Shown in pieces: positions 37,947 through 48,609 of a stretch of 64,000 bases of DNA. The first letter of the stretch is position 1; each line of letters begins with the position of its first letter. The position numbers and the translations under genes are program-made. The stretch is from Callorhinchus milii. Taxonomy: Eukaryota. Where the stretch lies: assembly GCF_018977255.1 (NCBI RefSeq), contig NW_024704743.1, forward strand, positions 25,794,001 through 25,858,000, read 5' to 3'. The notes under the pieces were generated by a model, which was not told the origin of the DNA, searched no databases, and saw only the letters and a list, made by a program, of their open reading frames with translations.

Positions 37947-39295
37947 ACGAATGCAGGACACACTCGGCCCATTGTATCTGCATGGATGTCAATTCTCGAA
38001 CTAGATTAGAACAAATATCTGTCTATGATATGCAACAGGTTAATGCACTAAACAGAATTAAATAGTCCTCAGCTTGTGGCAATAAAAAAAACATAAAACA
38101 ATGAAGCTTGTATAAAGCATTCAAGCTATTGGAACATTTTAAAACTAGTTCACTGGCCACTTCAGTTTTCCAGAAATCTTTTAATGGGAAAACATAATAG
38201 TAGTTTTAAAGGGTATTCAGTGATTATCTGGATTTTGTAGCATTAAAGAAATAGCATAATAATAATAATAATCCTTGCATTGATATAGCGCTTTTCACAT
38301 CTTCTAGACGTCTCAAAGCGCTTCACAGAATATACTGCAAAGTGAATTGACAGTATATTTGTGGGCGAAACATAGTAAATTTGTCAAAGCCACAGCTCCC
38401 AAAAATGTCCCTTAAATCCATGAATCATTTTTGGTTTGGGTCAGTGGGTATCTGAGATACATGGAAATCCATCACCCTGTTTAAGAGTATCCAAACCAAG
38501 CACAGTTCCATACATTCATGCCACCTACATATGGAAGCTTTCCTCATTTCTTGAATGGAACATCCTCACTAGGTGGATGTCAGTAACCTTTTATAGTGCA
38601 TTCACTGTGGTACAAAACATTGCATTAGTTGTACTTGACACATGCACCGCAGGAGACTATTGAAGTCTCTTTAAATACCACTCACTGTACAGCATCTCTC
38701 GATTTAAACAGCAGAGCAAGAGGTGGATAATAATAATAATCCTTGCATTTGATATAGTGCCTTATCATGTCTTTGAGATGTCTCAAAGAGGATGTCAGTG
38801 AAAGAGTGACATTGGAGGGAAAAGGAGGAGAAACAAAGACAAACAGTAAAAAAAAACTGTGAAGCTCTCAGACGTTACTCTATTGAAGGGTGCTATGTAA
38901 ATGCAAGTTATTGCTGTGGCAGTAAGGTAGCAAGGCTGACGCTGAAAGTTAAATGAAGGTTTTAAAGGAGAGAATTTAATGAGAATTTGGCTCCATCCCG
39001 GAGGAGAGGTAAAAGGTAAACGACAAAAAAAATTCTCATCACTCTTCTTTCAAGCCAGGGCCCCAGCATTTTAATTACAACCTCCAGATCTGGTCTGGAG
39101 CTCTTTTTAAAATAAAGCCAGCCAGGTCTGGCACACAAACCCAGATGTGGAAGGAGCAGCTCAGCTTTCAGCAGTTATTTCCGAAGCACCAAGAACTCGT
39201 CATCTCTCCAAGGGGTTTTGGCACCAGACACTCCGGACAAGCAATTGCTTTTCCCCATTGGCTGACTTCCTCCTCCTCTCCCCCACCCCCGCCAT

Positions 39296-39360
39296 GATCA
39301 AAGTCGGACTTCACTTTGGCAAGTGTACCGTGGAAAAAAAACTGCTTTCATTGATCAAAG
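39296..39360. promoter_or_regulatory. Paired TCF/LEF consensus sites (candidate Wnt-response element)
   Basis: GATCAAAG at 39296-39303 and 39353-39360, in apparently non-repeat intronic sequence. Confidence 0.35.
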
Positions 39361-40224
39361 TTCTATCCCACCACTATTCTTGGAGCATTACCTAGAGGAG
39401 CCGTGCGCCTAGCATGTCGAGTCTTTTACACAGAGTAGATTTGGTGCTGTTCCAATCATCCATGCATGCCATAAATATATAAAGACATACCGTCAACACT
39501 AGCCAAGTTGTTGGGCAGTGTTCAAACATTTTTAATCATTGCAACAGCAGGATCAAGTCTCAGCAAAAGCAGAGAGGTCAATCTCAGTTGTGAGTACAGT
39601 ACCCAAAGATGTTTGTCAGCTCTCGAGAGGCCACTTGGTAGGGGAGGTCCATCTATAGCTCATTACACTGACAAACAACAGCAGGAAAAACAGACTCCCC
39701 CCACCTCCCCATTTCAACATAACTAACGCAGAGGAAATCCAGCCTTCATTTATTTCCAGAGTTAGAAACCTTATGCAAACATTTAAAAGGGAATTGGATA
39801 AATATTTGAAGAGGATAAATACAAAAGGGCACAAGGAAGGAATAGGGAATTGTGATTAGAGGCTCTAGCTGCAGCAGATGAGTTAGAACCACTTTATTAT
39901 TAACAATAATAATCTGCGATTTAATATAGTGCTTTATCATTGCTTAATGCCCTCTAAATCGTCGTGGGATGGGGGAAATCACAGATCTTTATTTAACACC
40001 TCATGCATCTTATCCTCATTACACTCTGGAAGGGTACGTCAAATCCCCAAGATCTGTCCAACACTAAATAAGCAGAGATGGATTCTTTGGTTTTGTCCGT
40101 GAATATTTCTGTAATAACACTGAAACCAAAATGGATTTGAAAACTCAGTTGAGGCATTATTCACAGGTTTCTAACAATCAAATTGTGATGAGCTAAGGTT
40201 AAGATCAATATAAAGTTTGGGAAG

Positions 40225-40500
40225 ATTAGAAGTAAAACCAAGCAGTGGTTTCAAGATAACAAGAGAGGTTTGGACGAAAGATCTCATCCTTCCAGATTAC
40301 CTTCCATGCTCCCATCACAGCATTGAGCATTGTTTTTAAATTAGGCCCTGTCCTGATCTCAGTCACTCTTCCTGGTAACTTGTTGCAGTCATTAATTACT
40401 CTCTGGGTAAGTAAATATTTCCTTGTATCTGTCCTGAAATTGCCCTTTGGAACACAAAACCGATATCCTCTTGCTGTATGTAAAAAGATTGGAGCCCAAA
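40225..40500 (-). mobile_element. CR1 LINE 3' fragment
   Basis: ORF 40226-40546 includes RGYRF..KGNFRTDTRKYLLTQRVIND.NKLP..V, the CR1 ORF2 C-terminus. Confidence 0.75.
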
Positions 40501-40589
40501 GGCGAGGATGATAATCTTTTGCTTTTATTCTGTTCCGGGGTAACAAGAGGCATTTGCAAGACTAACCCCAGATACGAGAGTAGCATTCA

Positions 40590-40895
40590 AGTCTTGAACA
40601 CATTTGGGTTTTAGAGAGTTAAGAGTCAGAGGAGAAAATAAATGTTTGGCACAAAGGAGGAATCTGAGCTTCTTGGAAGCTGTTCTAGCAATGGAGATGT
40701 GAGAATTTCATATGAGATCAGAGGAGATAGTGAAGCCAAGAATGTTGATAGATGAAGAAGGATTAAGAGTGGAAGCATTAAAGGCAAGAGGTGATAGGCG
40801 TCTATAAGACTTAAGAGAGACTTGAAGGAACTGTGCCTTTGAAGGAATGAGAAACAAGATCAGTGACCTATCAAAAGACACAGAGATCAAGGTTT
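40590..40895 (-). mobile_element. Non-LTR retrotransposon RT C-terminal fragment (CR1/Jockey-group like, distinct from the local CR1 and L2)
   Basis: Reverse strand reads PSKAQFL...LAFN...LNPSSSINILGFTISSDLI*NSHI-SIARTASKKLRFL...FSP, the thumb-region pattern xLGxxIxSDLxWxxHI...ASxKL. Confidence 0.6.
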
Positions 40896-40911
40896 AGTGA
40901 TTCTGCCAATG

Positions 40912-41806
40912 CACTGTGTGAGTAGTGGACGTTGCGTGTGATTTATATTTTAAATAAAGCCTGAATATAAAGTGATACACAGTCCTGAATTACCATCAAT
41001 CATTTCCCCAAGAAAATTAGATTACAAATTGTATTTTACATTGAGATCATCTCTACTGCAGTGCAAAAGATGCACTGTTTGATCTTGTAAAGGCTTTCCC
41101 TCCCAATTTATATCCCTGCTGTAATATTCAGCTTTAATGCAAATCTACTTCAGGACAACTGCAAGTAATAGTGGATGAGGTCATGGACCAATTGGGAATT
41201 TTTATTAAAAAATAGTTGTGCTTTGACACTGGAAGGCTTGATGGAGACTGAAGAAAGGGAATTAATAATTACATTTGACAATGTTATGGATAAAATGTCT
41301 CTAGTCATACTGATATATAAGGGTTGGGAAGTAGAACACTGCCTCTGATTTTTTATGTGTGAGGGAAGGGGTAAAGAGGTTAAAATAATAACTGGGATAT
41401 ATTCTCCATGGACTCTAGTTCCCAGCTAATATATAGGATTCTGGATAGAGTGCAATTAATGGCTTGCAAGGCCGAAATATAATATTTCTTGCAAGTCTCC
41501 ATACAGAGAAACACAAATCTGAGAGGAGAGAGAGAGAAGCGAGCAAGGATAGAACAACGGTTTTCAAAAAAAACTAAAGGGGTGGGAAACAAAACTTATT
41601 TTACTGAGTTACAGAATACTAGGGAAGCAAGCTGACAGTCTAGTTTGTTAGATGTTGAATACAGTGCATTCACTTCAGGCGGGACAATTAAAAAATATAT
41701 ATTATTACGATTAAAGGAAGAATAGGTCTCCTGGACTGTGTATCACTTTATATTCTGGCTTTATTTAAAATATAAATTGCATGCAACGTCCTCTACTCAC
41801 ACAGTG
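40912..41806. repeat. 74-bp inverted repeat (40912-40985 / 41733-41806, 5 mismatches) plus a direct repeat of about 33 bp (41594-41626 / 41832-41864)
   Basis: Aligned by hand: cactgtgtgagtag(t/a)ggacgttgc...aatataaagtgatacacagtcc; direct repeat aacttattt(t/c)actgagttacagaatactagggaa. Confidence 0.9.
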
Positions 41807-43928
41807 GTTTGTCCTTTAGGAATTTAAACAAACTTATTTCACTGAGTTACAGAATACTAGGGAACATGACAATTAAGACACCCAATTCGGCTTGCCATTA
41901 CACGTTAAAAGGCCCAGACTATATTATTTTTAGATACTTAGCCCCATCTACTGCTTACTGGTGAGCATCTCAAAGATGTATCACAGAGGTTAGGTATAGA
42001 AGACTCCCATTAAAGCTAATTTAGAGCTATTGTTTAGGTACAATATCTCAGGTGCCATGTTAAAAGTGAGCACAAAAAATGGCCAACTTCCAGGTAATCA
42101 GGTTGTTGACATTACTTCCTGCGCACTCACACTATTTGCAGGAAGCATCAGAGACATCACTTCACAAAGCAACATCAGTACACTGCGCAATTACACATTA
42201 TACAGGAAGAGAAGTTAGCAGTGACCCGATAATCTGGAAGCCGAAAGCTAGAAGTGTACTATACTTCTGGTACCCATAGGACACTACACTCGAACAAGGC
42301 CCTTAGCAACATAGTTGACCTGTTTGGATAGTAAATCCTATTCACTTGGACAAAGACTTGCATTACCAAAGAGAATATGGGTCCAGACTTAACTGACATT
42401 AGTGACAGATGGACGGGCGGTGGTGGTGGGATGGGGGAGAGAAGTGGAATCTATCTTACGCCAATCGCTAAAAATCTCAAGTCTTTTCACTGCATCTTTG
42501 TATTGAGATTTGCCATTCTAAAGGCACAGCAAAATAATCAGAATTCCATGGTCAATCGGAGAAGAAGAGAAAAAGTAAAAGTACTTTGCAAGATTCAGGT
42601 GAATGCTGAGATATTTACATTGTGCCTTACCTGTACCCAAGGTACCCCACCCCTAATCCATTTATGTTGATAAACAAATAGATGCACGTGAAATTACACT
42701 TGGCAGAAGATGGTGATTTAACTTTTGAATTTGATTTTAAGACAAAACTACTTTTGAAGCATGTATTAAATACAGTAATTTAGAGTCTGGACCATTTGTG
42801 TCCCTCAGATCTTTCTATCGACACATTCTGGAGTTGCAGTCTGACGATAAAAGGTCTAGAACAGTGTGCTCAGAATCACTTGCGACCTAACTACACAAAC
42901 ACACAAAAAAATTAAAAACAAAAGTTTACTTAGTTTGAAAGGAGAGCTAACCAAGAACAAACTCACATCAAATCTGACCCAAACATGTGTGGGAAACAAT
43001 TTAACAGCTCAAACAGGATGTTCGCTCGGTTTCTGGCCATAGGAAAGCATTCCTGGAGCTGTATTCTCAGTGCTTGGCCTGCACAGAGCTCGTGGTGCAC
43101 AAGGAATAGCTGATAAAGCTTAAGGGATTTGTTACACATTCCAAAGACCTACTGAAAAATCCTGACCCCATGCTGTGACAAAGATGGGTCACCAGCTGGG
43201 ACACAGCCCCATCATTGTGAGGAACTGAATGAGATGCAGCACAAAACAGACAGAATCTAGAACTCACACTGCCAATTCAGTTTGGTATTGCCCCTGTAGT
43301 AGCTCATTTGGCACAGTCTGACATCTGGGGTTTAGCTTATATCGTTTACACAAAAGTGGGAAACCCAACAGTTGAGCAATTTAAGTTGGCTTTCCAGGAT
43401 TTACAAGTGGCGCTACTGGAGTGGTAAAAATCTGACGACCACTTTAGGTTTACGTGAAACAAAATCTCTAACTGGGAGCACTAGCATTTAAGCAGAACAG
43501 CAGACATCCGATAAGAGGAAGCAATCAGGCCCTAAAGCCATTGCTCAGGACCAGCAATTTCTCACCTGGCCCCTCACCAAATGCTGGACAGACATCAGAC
43601 CAGTTTCTCTTTTCCCCTTCCCTCCGCAGATAACAGTCTTAAAATGACACATAACACAGTTCGCAGGTAAATCATGAAGTCCATCTTTAACAGCGCCCTC
43701 AATAATAATCAACTGGCCCCAAACATAATTGGCCTAATAGGGTTTCTTGACAAACGTGCAGTACATCCAAAAATTACCACATGGTATTCACCAGAAACAA
43801 TACCTTTTCACTCCAATGTTTAGTATATTAATCGATTAGGAATGTAGACATTCAATAATGACATGAAGGGGAAAAACAAAAATTGCCCCAAAACTTCAGT
43901 CATGTCTTTAGGCATTTATTAAGTACAT

Positions 43929-44808
43929 CAGCCTGGCTCAGTGGTAGGACTCTCAATACTGAGTCAGTAGGTTTTGGGTTTGAGCCCCACATCGGGACAT
44001 GAACTCACACTATGAAAGCTGACAATGCACTGCAGAGGATGTTTAGCATTGCCGGAGGTGCCTTCCTTCAAATGAAATGTTAAGCTGAGATCCTATTTGC
44101 CTGCCCAGGTGGACGGTAAAGATCTCATGGCACTTTTCAAAGAGAAGGGAGTTTCTTGCAGTGCCGTGGTCAATAATTCCAAATAAAATTGGTCATTCAC
44201 TCTGTGGCTGTTTGTGAGACATTGCTGTGAGCAACTGACTGCTGTGTTTTACCCAGAGAATACATGGTCAATCCATTTTACAGTAATTTTACAAGTTTCC
44301 TTACTCCACACGCCTGATAATAATCCCTCAAGAAAAAAACAATAATAATAATAATAATCCTTGCATTTGATATAGCGCTTTTCACGTCAGGAGGACGTCC
44401 CAAAGCGCTTCACAGAACACATTGTAAAGTGAATTGACTGTATATTAATAAATATACACAATAAATTGGTCACTTCAATCCACGACTATTTGTGGGACAC
44501 TGCTGTGCGCAATTGGCTGCTGCATCTCGCCCACAAAATGTACAGTCAATTCACTTTACAGTTTATTCTGTGAAGCGCTGAGACGTCTAGAAAACGTGAA
44601 AAGCGCTATATCAAATGCAAGGATTGTTATTATTATTATATCCTGTGAAGCACTTTGAGACGTCTCAACCATGTGATAAGGCACTACAGTATATCAAATG
44701 TATGGATTATAATTATTATTAATAAATCGAGTGAAGCGCTTTGGGATGTCCTCACAATATGAAAGGGGCTAAACCAAAAGCAAGGATTATTATTATTTAT
44801 TATTATTA
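43929..44808 (+). mobile_element. Nested SINE cluster (family A containing family B containing an inverted SINE tail, plus an extra tail)
   Basis: A head at 43929; B body from about 44292; minus-strand tail about 44341-44445; B resumes about 44460-44640; A tail 44641-44725; further tail 44731-44808. Confidence 0.8.
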
Positions 44809-45241
44809 AGTGAACAAAATTGGGTTTGAAGCAGCGTATTTGACAATCTTTAATTTACTCTGCATGAAATAATCCATATTCTGCATGTGAATTAAGGAGA
44901 AGTCTGCATCATGATCCTAAGATAGAGTGTTGTGTTGACAGTACAGTCACCAGCAACAGAGGCATTAGAATCAATGCGAGAACCGGCACTAGTGCTCAAT
45001 CGCCGCTGAAGCCAGTGAGTGGACGCGAGGGTTATTCTACCAAGCCATCCATATATACATTATTTAGTGCCATCAATAGGGAATACACGGTCACCTAGAG
45101 AGCTGACCCTATCAAAAATACTGACACTTTTCTACACTTAACCCATGATCTCATTTTAAAACAATTATATTTTCTAGACATCCTACATTTGAACCTAGAT
45201 GCATAAGATATCACTCGGGTCGACGTGGCAACTCATCAGAG

Positions 45242-45395
45242 GAACTGCGAATAGCGACCCCTGTTTGCAACCGGAAATGTGCCCCACTGACAAACAGGAA
45301 ATCTGCTCCAGCTTGATCTAATTGAAGTCACTGGAGTTCCCATAGGTCACTGGGACACATTTCCTGTTCTCACCAGGAGTCGCTCTTTGCAACTC
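45242..45395. mobile_element. Imperfect palindromic element of about 155 bp (old MITE-like)
   Basis: Left arm gaactgcgaatagcgacccctgtttgcaaccggaaatgtgccccactgac; right arm reverse complement gagttgcaaagagcgactcctggtgagaacaggaaatgtgtcccagtgac. Confidence 0.65.
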
Positions 45396-46129
45396 TGGTT
45401 CACTGCACATTAGAGCCTGCTGTTAATTTCAGATCACTATGCTAGAGAACAACAACTGGTCCCCAAGCCCAATCTAAGTGTACAATGGACAGTGGAGGAA
45501 TTCTTACAGGACTGCTACTGGGTAACAGTTTTACTTAGTCGTCTTTACACTTCAGAAAGAACAGGCTTATCTATAAGCTGTTAAGTTCCACACGCTTTTG
45601 TTACTGTCAGAGGTTGGTTAGTAGGGTGAGAGCACTGCTAGTCATTCACGGACTGAAGCTTTAATCATAAAGAAGCTGAGCCCAGAGGTCACACCTGCAA
45701 GTACATAAGCTGGATGACAGACTTCAGCTGGTTGATCGTGCTGTGTTCGTGCTTTACACCCTTTAAATGTAAAGAAACAAGATTGTCTGAAGAGAAGCTC
45801 TGTTGGAGGAAATGTGCTTCTTCCATATCAGTGGATGACTGTGTTGAGGAATGAACCAACGTAGGCAGATTTAAGAGCAGAAATTATTTCTTGCCATGGC
45901 ATAGGTTGGGTAATAGATGGTGGGATTTCCCACTTCTAAAATAAAATGCATCAAAGTATATAAATGAGCAGCGGATCAATAAAAGACAAACATCGGCATT
46001 GCTTTTGCTTCACTCTCTCTTAAAACTTCCCTCCCCACAACACATGCAGTTTGAGCAACAAGTGTGTGCTATAATGTTCAGAGTTCAGCAAGATAAATCC
46101 CTATCACATTGGGATTTGAAATCACATAG

Positions 46130-46425
46130 TCTTAAGCTGACACTCTAATGCAATCCTGGAGTTGTGCTGCATTGTTGGAGGTCCCATCTGTCTGTTCAGG
46201 TGGACGTTAAAAACCCCATGGCAGTATTCAAAAAGAGGAGGGAGTTTGTTCCGGTGTCCTAGTTAACAAACACCCAAAGAAAAATTCAACTTGTTTTGTG
46301 ACTGTTTGTAGGACATTGCTGTGTGCAATTATGCTGCCACATTTGCCTACAAATACAAATACAGCAAATCCTGTGAAGAGCCTCCATCCGACATGACAAG
46401 ATGCTAAATCAAATGCAAGGATTAT
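46130..46425 (+). mobile_element. SINE family A, 5'-truncated
   Basis: gctgacactctaatgc...gttcaggtggacgttaaaaaccccatggc...aatcaaatgcaaggattat. Confidence 0.8.
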
Positions 46426-48609
46426 ACAGTAAATATATTACCACTTTCATGGTCATGGTACATGGTCATACTTACACTGCTAGGATCACCCTGAATTACT
46501 CCCCTTCTCTAGATCAAGGAAATACCTGCTTTTAAACACTTCTGCAGTCGAAATCCGCCCGTATATTCGAGTAGTGGCACCACATAGAATAGCAAAAAGT
46601 GGCAATGAGAGCAATGACGAGCATTTATAGAGAGTGAAAGGCGCTCGATAAATGCAATCTTGTTGTTGTTGTAATATTATAAGGAAGAAACGTGTGGTGT
46701 TGCACAACACCTTCCTTGTTATAGTCAGCACAAAACAAGGAATGAGTTATGAAACTTCCCAAGTTTCAATCATAGTTTCAAAAAATACCACGCGCCCAAG
46801 CACTGCAAACTCCCCCCCACATTGTTCCATCAAGAGAGTACACCCCAAGTCAGTTCAAGATGTGCTTGCACAATTTTTTATTTTGTTTCCATCAATTTTT
46901 GTGTGTGTAAATTTTCTTTTGACGTTTCAGGGTAAATTTTGGGCAGAGTTGAGGACATGTCTTTGTATCAAATCTCACCAATGGTATAAACAGTTCAGAG
47001 TGACAAAAATTAACATTGCTGTAGATTACTGCAGACCTGTGGAGACAGATCAGCTCCAGGGAGACTGCCCTGCATACATACACAAGATACCGCAGTTGAG
47101 TATACCCAAACAAATTTTGAACCAAGAACCTCAAGGACTGAAATACTGTAACAACCTCAATATTCTATGAACAACAAACTTCACAACTCTGGTACCATCT
47201 GCTTAATTTTGTACTTGCATGCTTGAGATCTTACCCCCCCCCCCCCCCGACCCCATCTATATCGAAATACTTCAAAACTGTATCTCAATTGAATCTTGAG
47301 ATCTACCACTCTCACTAAATATTAAATTCTTCTTCCCCATCCAATAAAGATTCAACACTCAAGAGAGAAAGCAAAGCTCCTTTGTAGAAACATGCACTTA
47401 CAGAAATCTTGAGCTATTTATGTCTTTCTATTAACATGCAGAATTATGACTTTTTGTTAAGACACAAGCAAATGTATCACAAACCCAATTGCATTGTTAG
47501 TGCATGAAGAAACCGGTTTAGACTTTAAAAAATCCCTTTTCTGCATCCATATAGTGTGAGTAGCAAGTAAAACCATACACACAATGCAGACCCTACTTTA
47601 ACTATACCACTCAGTTGATTTATTCAGCCAAGTATCTGTCCAGCTGCTGCGATATTCCTTGCAATCCTGAATGCTTTAATAGGATATGCCTCAAATCAGC
47701 TTTTCTATAGCAATAGACATTCCTAGCTTCTACTGCCTTTCATTATAGCTCAGATGCCTAATCCCAAATAATAATTTGATTTCCCTTCACTACAACCTCT
47801 CCTATCCCAGGATTTCCCACTGCTATACACATAACTAGATTTGCATACAATACTACATGTAGGGTTAGCCTAGTGCTTTCACAAGACTGATCTGGATGAA
47901 GGCCTTGGGCCCATTCAAACTCATCTATCCAGAACACCCACCCTACCTTCCCCCCCATCACTGCATCAAGCTGCTTATTAAATGGGTTGTATAAGTGCAT
48001 TACCCACTCTCAAGGCAGAGGCTCTATCCTTTTAATTATAATTTCTGAAATCTTGTTTGTTCACTTTATTGCAATACATTCCCCCAGGGTCCCCAAATCT
48101 TTCTTGTGTTATGTCCTGTAGACCAATAGCATTTAGTTTTTATTTCTTCTGCTTTTTCTTTCTCCAACCATACCACTTTGCATTTATCTATATCAAATTA
48201 CATTTTCCAGTAGTAAGCCAGAGTTTTCCCATCAATCCAAATCCCTGTGTATTTGGTCAATTTGTTCCCTAACACTGTCAAACTTAAGATGGTTTTGTTT
48301 CTGTCTATCCCCACTTCCAAATACTGCGTGAAACATACAGGAATAAAAAGGACAGACAAAAACAAAGCATGTCAAAGAACTACGTATGTTGGCAAGAAGA
48401 GTGCGTATGTTGGTCAGAAAGGTGCCAATTTACTTCAGTCTCTAATGGTGATGAAAGTTCATCACTTTCCGCACATGATGTTTAGGTTTTACAAATATAT
48501 GGGTAGATCACGAGTATTTCTCGTACACATACTGATAAATTAATTTTCTTTACCTGGAGCAGCAATCTTCCAAGGTTTTTCATGCCACAGTAGAAAACGT
48601 AAGAATGTA

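Noticed and set aside
46652..47170. 172-aa plus-strand ORF
   Set aside because: Starts inside an L2/SINE tail and has no recognisable domain or splice context.
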